The notes beneath the pieces were generated by a model. That model saw only the letters and a program-made list of their open reading frames with translations. It did no database searches and had not been told where the DNA came from. Shown in pieces: positions 50,239-61,620 of a stretch of 64,000 nt of DNA. Origin of the DNA: Amphiscolops sp. MND2022 (lineage: Eukaryota); the NCBI GenBank assembly GCA_964187785.1, contig OZ076411.1, forward strand, positions 76,198,001-76,262,000, in the 5' to 3' direction. The translations under genes were made by a program, and so were the position numbers. Position 1 is the first letter of the stretch. Every line of letters starts with the position of its first letter.

Positions 50239-51294
50239 AAAGTGTCCAGAGGCGAGCAACCAGACTCGTACCCGGCATTGATAATCTTAACTACGAAGAC
50301 AGGTTAAAAGAATTGTATCTTCCAACTCTCGAGTACAGAAGACGGCGCGGTAGAATGATTGAGGTATACAAAATACTAAATGAATGTTACGACAGGAAAG
50401 CGACTGAAGGGTTATTCGAATTGAACGAAAGAGAGACCAGAGGTAACCCTTACCAGCTGAAGACAAAGAAACCGAGACTAGCAATTAGAAAGAACATTTT
50501 TGCTCTCGCTGCAGTAGCGGATTGGAATTCATTGCCAGAAACAGTTGTGCGCTGTGACAACGTATACGCTTTTAAAAGAAGTTTAGACAGACACTGGGAA
50601 CACAAAATGTTCAACACCGAGTTCCTTGTGAGAAATGGACTCACATGAAAGGGCTGATCGACAGAGGCTGTGGCCTACAGATCAGAAAAGAACCTGTGAA
50701 CCTGTAAATTAGAGTAAAATCTAATTTGTTGCCATTTGTAAATTAGAATCAATCTAATTAGTTGAATGTTTGAATTAGAATCAATCTAATTTGCTGAAAG
50801 GTGGGAGAGCAAGTTAAAGTTTTAACTCGACTGAATTTTACTAAGGTGACAGAAACTGTGGGAAATGAGAACAAAGTATGAACAAATTACGAAATCAATG
50901 ACGTATACATTTTTGCATGTGAGTGTTAGTCAGCATAAATAGTTTGAGATTTGAATGTTTAGCTTTCATCTGCTTGCTTTAGTTGTGCTTCAACAACGAC
51001 GATCCAATTCTAATGAAAGGTAAAAATATATTCTGCTCCATTCGACCGAGTTTTCTGTGTGGTAATCCTGCAACGAATATTTGGGAAAACATTTTCTGTT
51101 TGGCATTTCAGCTAATTTTAGGAATTTCCCGCCAAAACCCACGTATTTCGACCAATATGGCACCAGATTGGCGAAACTTTGGTCTCCTCTCTTTTTTTGA
51201 GAATTCCAGTCCCGGAACAAATGAAGTTTCGGCCGAGAAACAAATTGTACTTGGATTGTGCTTTCCTCTTCATTTTGATCTTTTCTAGAAAGCA

Positions 51295-52881
51295 ATGAGC
51301 GACACAGACCAGGCTAGAAAAGAATCTAGAAAAGAGCCTCGTGCAGTTCAAATCATCGAAGCTAAAGGCAATCATACTTTCGAATTAAATTTGGAAAACC
51401 TCAAAGAAATTGTTCAGAGACCTCATGTTAGAGACAAAAGAGTCATGGTGTTATCTGTTGCTGGTGCATTTAGGAAAGGGAAATCGTTTTTGTTGGACTT
51501 TCTTTTGAGGTATTTGAAAAAAATCAACTTCGGTGAATCTGGTCGTGATTGGCTTGGAGATCCTGAGCAAAAATTAACCGGTTTTTCTTGGCGAAGTGGA
51601 TCAGAGAGAGATACCAACGGGATTTTAATGTGGAATGAACCTTTCTTCATCAAAACAGCAACTGGTGATGACGTCGTTGTGCTTTTAATGGATACACAAG
51701 GGTCTTTTGATAACCAGTCTACTGTTCGAGATTGTGCGACAATATTCGCACTCTCCACAATGATAAGTTCATGTCAGGTCTTCAATATTAGTATGAACAT
51801 TCAGGAAGACGACTTGCAGCATCTTCAGCTTTTCACAGAGTATGGTCGTCTTGCTCTACAATCGGCTCAGGGGAAACCATTCCAGAGACTCATTTTTCTA
51901 GTCCGAGATTGGAGTTTTCCTTACGAGTATCCATATGGTCCTGAAGGAGGTGCAAAAAAGTTGAGCAAAATTCTTCAAGTTTCTGAAAAACAACATGATG
52001 AGTTGAGGAATGTTAGAGCACATATTACTAGCTGCTTTTCCCACGTTGATTGCTTTTTGATGCCACATCCAGGTCTCAAAGTCGCTACCTCTCCTGAGTT
52101 TACAGGACAACTCAGGGATATCGAACCAGCTTTTCAGGAACAGTTATCAAACCTCGTCAGTTATTTATTTGACCCAAGTCACATTCAGTGTAAATTAATA
52201 AACGACCAGTCAGTTACAGCTGCTGATTTAGTAGCTTACTTTGAATCTTACATGAAAATTTACCAGGGTGATGAATTACCCGAACCAAAAACGATGCTAC
52301 AAGCTACTGCCGAGGCGAACAACTTAGCCGCTGTTTCTGCAGCTCGGGAGTTGTACCAAAGCGAAATGGAGTTATTCTGCGGCGGTGATAAACCTTATAT
52401 GAAGGCTGAAGTTCTGGAAACACATCACAAACATTTGTCAAGTCGAGCAGTTGATAAGTTCAAATCAATCCGAAAAATGGGTGGAACTGAGTTTAGTGAG
52501 CAGTATGCGTTGCAGCTCAGTGAACAAATTAACGATCTTTATGTGGGTTATCATAAACAAAATGAGGCGAAAAACTTGTTCAGTACTGCCAAGACACCTT
52601 TAACTTTATTCATTCTCATGATTGTGTGTTACTTTGCGTCGGCAGCTTGTGCTATGTTGGGTGCGATCACTTTCTCGAACCTCTTCAATATTTGTCTGGG
52701 CGTTATGATTCTGTCAATCTGTACTTGGTCTTATTCTAGACTAACAGGAGACTATAGCGAAATAGCAGTTACCATCGACACGTGTGCTGAAGTTGCATGG
52801 GACAATTTCGTGTCTACCGTAGTACAGAAAGTTACCGAAAAAGGGTCTCAATCAATGGTGACCATTTTAAATATGACTTGA
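51295..52881 (+). CDS. ATL: Atlastin (dynamin-like ER fusion GTPase), single exon, 528 aa
   Basis: G1 GAFRKGKS, G2 WRSGSERDT, G3 DTQG, G4 LVRDW; EATAEANN-type helical bundle motif (QATAEANNLAA); two closely spaced C-terminal hydrophobic segments; uninterrupted frame. Confidence 0.96.
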   Translation: MSDTDQARKESRKEPRAVQIIEAKGNHTFELNLENLKEIVQRPHVRDKRVMVLSVAGAFRKGKSFLLDFLLRYLKKINFGESGRDWLGDPEQKLTGFSWRSGSERDTNGILMWNEPFFIKTATGDDVVVLLMDTQGSFDNQSTVRDCATIFALSTMISSCQVFNISMNIQEDDLQHLQLFTEYGRLALQSAQGKPFQRLIFLVRDWSFPYEYPYGPEGGAKKLSKILQVSEKQHDELRNVRAHITSCFSHVDCFLMPHPGLKVATSPEFTGQLRDIEPAFQEQLSNLVSYLFDPSHIQCKLINDQSVTAADLVAYFESYMKIYQGDELPEPKTMLQATAEANNLAAVSAARELYQSEMELFCGGDKPYMKAEVLETHHKHLSSRAVDKFKSIRKMGGTEFSEQYALQLSEQINDLYVGYHKQNEAKNLFSTAKTPLTLFILMIVCYFASAACAMLGAITFSNLFNICLGVMILSICTWSYSRLTGDYSEIAVTIDTCAEVAWDNFVSTVVQKVTEKGSQSMVTILNMT

Positions 52882-53420
52882 AATGAAACATTTTTTTTGG
52901 GTTTCGTTTCCGTGAAGCATATAAGCTTTCATGGTCGCTGTTGCTTCTAATTAATTTTTCATGCAATAGTCAATCGAAGATTGAGAACAGACAACCATTG
53001 TGTAGCTACAAAGGTACATTTATCGTAAATGAGATTATTGTAAACGGAAACCTAGCATCGAAAAAGTTCCACTGGTCTCAGACCTTAATTATTTGATTTT
53101 TTTGTTAAAATCATACCAAGTACAATTTCAGCTATTTTTGGTAAGTCATTCGCGATGAGTCGTTTTGAATAAAAACGTAGAAATTCTTTCTAATAATTTT
53201 TTGTTGGTTCAAACAAGAAAAGAACACTGGGTATTCGAGCTTTGTTTGTGAAGAAAAATGTCGAGGTGAGGGCATGTTTTCCCTAACGTTTCTCTGAGAC
53301 AGTTGTGCTTAGAATCTTATCGTCAAAAATTTCGTTTTCGAAACCACTATTACAGGCACACACTAGGTGAACCAAAAAACGGAACGCGTGAAATTATTTG
53401 AGATCTAAAAGTTTCAAATA

Positions 53421-54315
53421 CAGTACTGTGATTAAATAGAACGTCCCGGGAGGACATGGTGCAAGAGATCCAAAATTTTAAATTCCTAGGTTTCTGCAGA
53501 TTGTCTAGAATTCAATGATATATTTTTTGTTTCAAAAACATTTCAAATGTAAAAATTATCGCACTTTTTCACCTCGAAACGTTATTTCCTATCTTAATAC
53601 ATGTAAATCGACGGAATTTTACCTTTCGAGCCTAACTTTTCGAAAATGGTTGGTTATTTTTGAAATCAAAATACATCCATGGATTCAGTATTCAGTGTGA
53701 TAAATAATTGAGCATAAAACATTCCAATAAAACTGAGGATAAAACGGTCAAAAATTGGAGAAAAACAGAAAAAAATCCCAAATTTGTTCAAAATCAGCTA
53801 TTTGTAACTTTCTCTATTTTTGTCCCAGAAAAAAATTAAAAACACTAATATAAACTAGATGAAATTCTAAGACATTTTTATTTCTGATGTTTTTCAAAAT
53901 TCTTGACGGATTTTGAGAAAATCGAGCTTAAAATCGCCCCGCCCCTACAGCAAAAAGGGAGGACAAAGTGAAACATTATTAAATACACGTATTGCACATT
54001 CTAATAGCGCAGATCTGTTCTTATTTAACAACGCTTCTGATTTGCTGAGTAGGGATTTTGATAAGAGCCAATGAAAAGTGTCGATAGTTATGACGAGATC
54101 AATTGATTGACAGAATAGCATGAGAGATTAGCCAATAGGAGATGAATATAAATGAGCCTCAAACGTTCTTTTTCTCTAGAAACATAGTTTAACGAGTGAT
54201 ATAGGGGGACATAGAGAAAGAGATCCAAAATGTTTAGTGAGAGCAAATAAAAATTGGTTGATAACGACGCTCAGCGCATAGGGGGACGATTTACGATTTC
54301 TTAATCACAGTACTG
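53421..54315. mobile_element. Tc1/mariner (pogo-like) MITE
   Basis: TIR CAGTACTGTGATTAA at both ends, each flanked by TA. Confidence 0.85.
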
Positions 54316-54433
54316 TATTTGTGAACACATGTTTCAAAACTCTGACCAATGCAATTTAGCTTGTCGGTCATTCGCTTTGACAACTTTTCTTCGAAGCAAA
54401 TAAACGTTCACACATCAAAAGTGTGAAGGTAAT

Positions 54434-54638
54434 GGGAAGCATATTTGAGGCCCGAAGCTAGTGTAATTTGAGGCCCGATCAATTCGGTGACTATTAGCGT
54501 CAGATAATATTATATCAGCCAATATGTATTTAAAAGATTAGCCTATTTTATATGTGAATATAGCTGACTACGTTATAATAATAATTTCAATGAACAAATT
54601 TTCGGGCCTCAGTTTATCGGGCCTAAATAAACGTTCCC
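54434..54638. mobile_element. 205-bp MITE, 8-bp TSD with one mismatch
   Basis: TIRs GGGAAGCATATTTGAGGCCCGA / GGGAACGTTTATTTAGGCCCGA with doubled AGGCCCGA; flanks AAGGTAAT and AAGGAAAT. Confidence 0.75.
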
Positions 54639-55924
54639 AAGGAAATGACTGGTAAAGACGTCTAGAGTTTTTCCGAACGTTTGGGTCATTCGTTATCGAA
54701 GATTCGATTACGTAATGAGATGTTGATTGACAGAGACGGATTTTTCACCTAGTTTTTTGTGATTCAATCGTGAAAATCATGCTAATGGTCATCATTCTGG
54801 CGTCATCAGGTGGGCGGAGTTTTGGCGTCCGGGGATCACGCTTCATCGCAACCAGCTTCTCGAAGAACCTCGTCATCAGCTAGTTCCAAGAAACAGTCGT
54901 CAGCGGGCGCTGCGAGACATTCTCACTCGAAGCACGACTGACACTTAATTGAGAGATTGAATCAAGAATCAAATTTATACAAATGAATACAAATGATGCT
55001 TGCTATTGAAACCCTGTTTCCTCGCGCTTTGAAAACCCCTTTTGTTCGCTTTGTGTAGCTTCTGCTGCGGGTTCGCGTCAAAAGTTGGAAATTGCGCTGG
55101 CAGCTTTTTCCTGCTTTTGACGGAACATTTTTAAAGGAAATGTTTTGTGCAAAATTTTCCCTTGATATTTGAATGTTATACGAGTTGAAATCAGCTAGAT
55201 AATCACATACCACTGAATGGTATCGAAATTACGGTTGTCTAACGAAAGTTCATTATAAAGTTAGATGCAGCTTTTAGCTTTTGACAGGGGTTTCTCATCT
55301 TTGAAATTTTCATTGCTGAAATGTTTGTATGCAATGTAGACGTTTGGGAAACGGGGTGGATTAATAAAGAATGAATTAATTGATTGACTGAAGATTGAAT
55401 GTAATATGTAAGTACATCATATAAGTATGTATGTGTTAACCATGACAACTTCCCGTGTTCTACTTTTTCACTCCTTATCTTATCTCTCTTAATCCGGGTA
55501 TGACGTCATGCATTGCTCCCTTCTCATTCGCTCAAGCCACTGGCCAATGAAAGCAAAGTATTTTCGAATTCTTTCATATAATTGGTTGAACATTTTTCTT
55601 GGACACAAAAAAGTTCCTAGAATTTGATCAATCTCGAAACTGCATGTGTCAGATCCGATCGAATAGAAAATGTTATGGTTTTCGTCTCAAATACAGGTCG
55701 GTTTGTTACCCTATCACCGGGGACTGAATGAGTATCCGGATTTTTAGAATAGGCATTATTTAATAATTATAATGAATGCTTGGTTGTATGTAGTTGTAAT
55801 ACAAAGTAGAAGTGCCTAGACAGACATGTTTGCCCGCATTTTGTTCATCGGATTTCCTCCTTCAGTAAATTTAGTGTTCACATCACGTTTTTCACCTCTG
55901 CTCTACAAGATTTGTACCTCTACT

Positions 55925-56118
55925 CAGGGGCGGTTTTAGGATTTTCTCAACGGGTGGGCGGATTTTCAAAATGGGCGCACCGGAACGAGAACACGAGTTG
56001 AATATTTGAAAGTAGCAAAACTCGGCTCATTTTACCGGATGTGAGATCAATTCATTCCATGCATCTATCCAAAGGGGCAGGCGGTCGCCGCCCCCCATCC
56101 CCCTTAAAACCGCCCTTG
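55925..56118. mobile_element. 194-bp hAT-type MITE
   Basis: TIRs CAGGGGCGGTTTTAGG / CAAGGGCGGTTTTAAG; exact 8-bp TSD CCTCTACT. Confidence 0.88.
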
Positions 56119-57586
56119 CCTCTACTGTATTTATTCGCAAAGAGCCAACTTATTTGTTGGCTTTAAATATTTGAAACAAGTTTTGGCACCATTAATTAGC
56201 TTCAACCGATAAACTGGCCAAATATGCGAAATACCAATTTCTTTAACAATGCATTGAAACTAAAATTTAATATGCATTGGGAAAAACTCCCAAATTATTC
56301 CCCCGTACAACCCTCGAAGTATGGAAAACTTTCAACTTCTCTCGCAAAGAAAAGAAAAATGTCATTGTCAAACGTTCAATTGTTTGAAGAAAAACCTTTT
56401 GAGCGAATTTGCGTTTTTGAAATTTTTGAAAAAAATTGGCGATGTCAAAAGCCTTTTTTCAAATCACCTTTCTAGAAGAACTATAGTTTACTAAATTTCT
56501 CATAAAAAGTCACTAAAATTCAACCGAACTTGACTTGATTCAAATGTTCAAAATGGTCGGACAAACTCGTCAAAAACATCTAGCGAAGGAACTGGCATTT
56601 CAAGGTATTTTAGCTGAGGAAACAAAAATTCTGTCGCTTAGCCAACTATTTCTGAATAGTTATATGCGGTCTCACTCAAAAGCGAATGAACGCGTCCGCT
56701 TTCAGTTGTTTATCACCTATCCAATGTAATTTTGGGGCCATGTATAGGACCCATTTCGTGAAAGTCCTCTTTTTCGCCAAGCTAGTTGAGCAGTTGCAAC
56801 TTTTCACTTTTCTTTTCCAATGAGGAGGTCGTTATTTGGACTTTCGAAATCGATTGTTTCATTACTGCGTAAGGGCTGAAAACTCCTCGAAGTTTGAGAT
56901 GAATAAGATTTCTTTGAAGCCTATCAATAAATTCCGAAAAGACTTCCGTATTAGTGAGAATAATCGATTTTTTGCTTTTGGCAGTTTTGACAACATTCGG
57001 AGGTTCAATGTTTTTTTTTAGTCGGAGCTTCCTTAGAAAGAGCATACTATAGTAGTGGCTATTTTTTCAAGACCGACGAAGTGACAGATTTTATAAATTT
57101 CTATAAATTTTGTTCAACTTGTTTATTATTTCTGCGATAGCAGGAATAATGTTGAAATCTGAATTATTGAACTTTTTTCAGTTCATTTTCGTCTGATTGC
57201 GAGCATTTACTTAAAAATCAGTTATTTTGTTCGGCAGTGAATATAAATGTGAGATTTAAATTTCTGAAGCTGCCGACAAAAATTCGTTCCTCGTGCGATG
57301 GAACGAGCGAGTGGTAATTATGCTTTCGTACGCCGAGCTATTGAGATGAAGCGAACGAGTGTTATTTGTTCGTTCCCCGAGAGCTTCGCCTGCATTCAAA
57401 TGCGAATGCGAAACTTCGTCTACGTTTAGTAATTATATTTTCTTTAGTCCGAGAAGAATTAAAGTCGGTGTAAACTGGTACAGTGATTAATTGTGCGCTA
57501 TATAATGATTAAACAGGAGTGTTCAATTTTTCCAGATATGCTTCGATTAATGAACATGAAAGGCTAACAAGCAGAAATAATACTGT

Positions 57587-57610
57587 GCCCCGCAGGGGCC
57601 TATTTTCTAG
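57587..57610 (+). other. Possible Helitron 3' terminus
   Basis: GCCCC-GCA-GGGGC hairpin, 7 nt, CTAG, then T; 5' end not located. Confidence 0.45.
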
Positions 57611-58887
57611 TTACACTCTTTTCTTGACTCATACTGAATATACTTGTTTCTCATATGACATCTAACACGTACATTAATTCGGATGAAACGTTTTCGAAGT
57701 TCGGATGTAACGTTTCTATTTCTCGTATCCATTATACCAAAATTTATATGATTTGCGTCCATTGTAAAGCTTTAGGGTCAGGTTTTCAGTACTATAATTT
57801 TTTTGGATTCATCCAATCTTTATTCAACAAGTGATACTAAAACCACGCCCCCGGGTTTACTTGCGCCGACTTCGGCCGTTCCCGGCTTGTTAGAATTTAA
57901 AGTATAAACTAAGACCGAGCTTCACAATTTCAAAGTACTTTCCAATGTGGGCTTTCAGAGTTTACAATGTGTCGGAAAAATTTTATTTTCAAACGCTTAC
58001 ATTGGTGAATTGTTTCAGAATTTTACATTGAAACGCTTTGAACAATGAAATTTCAAGCTTCAATTTATTTGGGCATCAGAAGTTTGTTTGCAATGCAAAG
58101 AAATCACAGTTGTCAAATCACAGAAAGTTCGTTTGAGGATGAAACTCAAGAAATTATCCATATTTGATGATTGTCTGTTCCAATTGGTTATGAAAATTGG
58201 CGTTTTGGTTTCACATGGTAGTTTTTGAATCGTTCATGTTTTTTAAATAGAATTTGGATCATGTTTTATTTCCCCCCGCGGCCGCTTGGGGGGATAAGAA
58301 ACAAGATACAAATACCATTGCATTGACATCGTTTGCGCTGAAATTTCTGTTCACAGTAAAATAATTGATGTCAACATAATCGTCATTTTTGTCCACTTTG
58401 ATCAATAAAACCGTGAAATCTAAGAAATGATCTACACCAAAATACCCAAAATAATTATACCTGAAATCTACAATGTAATAGGACCTGATGGTCTGTTTAG
58501 ATCATGCGCTTTCTACGGTTTAGAGCTCTGACTACAACTTTTTTCTAGAGAAAGCCTAGGGTTCAGGGCGCAAGGTTTCTAGACAGAATGTCGTGGTTTC
58601 CAACGGCGTATTTTCTGCTTATTCATATAGAACTATACAATATATGACCGATCACCACAAAATCCGCAACTCAAATTGGGAATAGGGTCAAACTTCATTC
58701 GGTGAAATTAATTCGAGGATGTCACTTCTGTTTTTGGCCGGAGAAATTTTCAAGTCAAGGATTCTAAAAGCGTTTATTTATAAGTTGCAGAAAAGTACCA
58801 ACGAATTCAATCGTCATTTTTCGTTACCAGCAGTGTTTTCGGAAATATTTAGAATTAGAATTTAGAAATTCGCATTAGAATATTTAC

Positions 58888-60223
58888 ACAAGCCGGGACC
58901 GGCCCAAGTCGGCGCCATATCCAAGGCTCAAAAATAGCAAAAGGACTTCCAAGTGTCAATTTACAGTACTCGAAAATCGAAAAAGCAAAAAATATGAACC
59001 GAGTGGCGCGCCGGGCCCGCTAGCACGAGCCCCTGGCGCGCTAAAAGGGGGACACTTCGAAATTGTCAACATTTTTGTCGCAGTTGAAGGGGGGACTTTT
59101 GGAGAAAAAACAAATTTTCGAAAAAAAAGTCTCAATGCCGAAAAACTGAAAGGGGGGAACCTTTGGGGTTTTTTAACATCCATTCTGTCGCAAAACATCA
59201 AAAAATTGAAGTGGGGAAAAACTTTTATTTTCGGAAAAAAATCTCACAGTGCCGAAAAACTGAAAGGGGGACCATTTGGGATTTTCCAACATCCATTCTG
59301 TCGCAAAACAGCAAAAAAATTGAAGGGGGGACGCTTTGGGAATTTTTTTCCCGAAAAAAAAGTCTCGCAGTGCCGAAAAAAATTGAAAGGGGGGACCCTT
59401 TGGTCCCACCCGGTATGGTATGTTACGCGGGAAAACAGAAAAAACCTTTTTGGTTCAGTTCGCTAGACCAAATAGTGCAATTTGGTGCAATAATATTTTG
59501 TAGAACTTTTAACTATTTTGGTCAGTTCGTGTGGATTGAAAAAAAAGCCACTATAATAGTCGCGTTTCACTTCATGAAGCGCCGACTAACAAGACGAGAA
59601 CGTCCAAAATGGACGCGCTCTGCTCAGGGTACTGAAGCGATAAGGATTGAATATGTCAGAAAACTGTTTTTAGTCGGCGCTTCATGAAGTGAAACGCGAC
59701 TATTATAGTGACTTTTTTTCTATCCACACGAACTGACCAAAATAGTTCTACAAAAGTACAAGATATTATTGTACCAAATTGCACTATTTGGTCTAGCGAA
59801 CTGAACCAAAAAGGTTTTTCCTGTTTTTCCGCGTAACATACCATACCGGGCGAGACCCAAAGGGTCCCCCTTGCGTTTTTTGATGTTTTGCGACAGAATG
59901 GATGTTGAAAAATCCCAAAGGGTCCCCTTTTCAGTTTTTTCGGCATTGTGAGATTTTTTCACGAAAATGAAAATTTTTGTTTTCTTCAATTTGTTCATGT
60001 TTTGCGACAGAATGGATGTTGAAAAACCTCAAAGGGTCCCCCTTTCAGTTTTTCGGCATCGTGAGACTTTGGCGCGCCACTCGGTCCATTTTTTTGAGTA
60101 TGTAATTTTTTCGAAAATTTTTTTTTCAAAAAAATTTCGATTTTCGAGTACTGTAAAAGAGAATACTTGACACTTGGAAGTCTTTTTGCTATTTTTGAGT
60201 CTTGGATATGGCGCCGACTTGGG
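58888..60223. mobile_element. ~1.3-kb foldback-type element (long inverted arms, ~80-bp spacer 59590-59669)
   Basis: Outer CCCAAGTCGGCGCCATATCCAAG..CTTCCAAGTGTCAA and inner CCCGGTATGGTATGTTACGCG..CTTCATGAAGCGCCGACTAA blocks occur in inverted order on both arms, with internal AAAAACTGAAAGGGGGAC repeats; an orphan terminus lies at 57863-57890. Confidence 0.85.
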
Positions 60224-61620
60224 TTAGTTGCGAGAACGGTTAGTTGCCAAATGTGTGATAGAGACTAGCGATAGTGACTGCTAGTGAAATGTCTCGTTGA
60301 ACATTGTCCTTGCACAGTGAAAGATGCACTAAAGCCGTCTTATACAAGTTTCCTGGTACATATATACAGTAGCGTTCTAAAATAAAGCTACTCCATTGCT
60401 TAGATTGCAGATTTCAAATCTAAGTCTTTTGAAAAAAGTCACGAATAGGAAAAGTTTTTGGGTAGTTTGTAAAAATATTTCAATTCTACGGCGAAAATTA
60501 CATACGTTAAAAATTGTGAATTTTGACGAAATTGTATCATATTTGCACTTTTTCACTTATTTCACAAAGTTGAAAATATATTTTTGAAAAATTTTCAGTC
60601 AATAATTTGCCCCCAAATCTCTTGAGGATGCTGACATGATTTGATTGAAAAACTTCTTCGATTTTAAATAAAAATCAATTTTCGAAGTACAATTTTTTAG
60701 CTAAGTTACCTAGAGCTCAACTAGATATTTTATAGCCTATCTTGATACATGTATTGCTTTGCTCATAGACACACAGTATAATGAACATTTTTTTCTGATT
60801 GAAAATAAATGCTCGATGAGGACAGCGTTTTCGGGAGATGAGGAATTTCCGAATAACTCTAATTTCCAAAAAAAATGAATTTAGGCCTTTCAAATTTCGA
60901 TTAAAACTTTTCATAAATTTCCAATTTCCAACGTTCTCAATACGGTTTGTAATTTCAAACAAACGTTTCGTAAACTAGATAAAAATTTAACTTTTGTAGC
61001 TGACAATTTTTTGTATTTGTGTCTACGGTACTGGTGACTTCATACAGCCGAGTTTACAAAATAGGTCTCTAGAAAATCACGAAGCAAAAATTCCGATTGA
61101 CCCCGCATAATTTTGCAAATTTGTAAAATACAATTTTTAAGTATTCTCACTTTATGATTTTGTATCTCTAAATATCAGGGGATCAAATAACGGTCGCTAT
61201 AGCGATAGCATCAGAAGCGAAAATAGCGATTAGCGATTTACATTTGGCAAACCAGCGAATAGCTGCTTTCAATACCGGGTCACACATCTGTTACTAACCC
61301 TTTAGCGATATTTAAAAATTTCTTGAAAAGTTGCAGTGCCGAAAGAACGACCCAAGGGAGGACCATTTGATATCTTATGGTTCTGCAGATCAAGTTAAAA
61401 ATGTGACATACTCAACGGGTAGGCCTTCGGTTTCTTTGATAACGTTTTATAGCTTGGGTGTGAAGTCTTATAAAAAGGATTGAAATCTTTTGCAGAGTGT
61501 ACATAATGAATGAAATCTGTTTGCTGGATGCTAGAATTCATTTTTGTATGCGACACCGCTCAAGCTATAAGCTGGACGAAGTTAAGCGTTGGAAGCGATA
61601 AGTGGCAAAGCCTCAGGCGT

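Larger units (their letters stand above)
44411..50702 (+). mobile_element. 5'-truncated CR1-clade LINE, split by a copia insertion
   Basis: VTSGVPQGSVLGPILFLLYIN..FADDAKVY; LVRPHLEYA..KHILKLES|VQRRATRL..YEDRLKELYLPTLEYRRRRG across the copia site; tail AACCTGTG-AACCTGT; TSD TGTAAATT at 44403-44410 and 50703-50710; empty site at ~35352. Confidence 0.92.

Noticed and set aside
54780-54950. GC-richer patch that could be a Ser-rich exon
   Set aside because: No homology, start or convincing splice context could be established by eye.
59163-59998. Several 80-170 aa ORFs with repeated KGGPFGIFQHPFCRK
   Set aside because: Products of internal repeats of the foldback element, mirrored on both strands.
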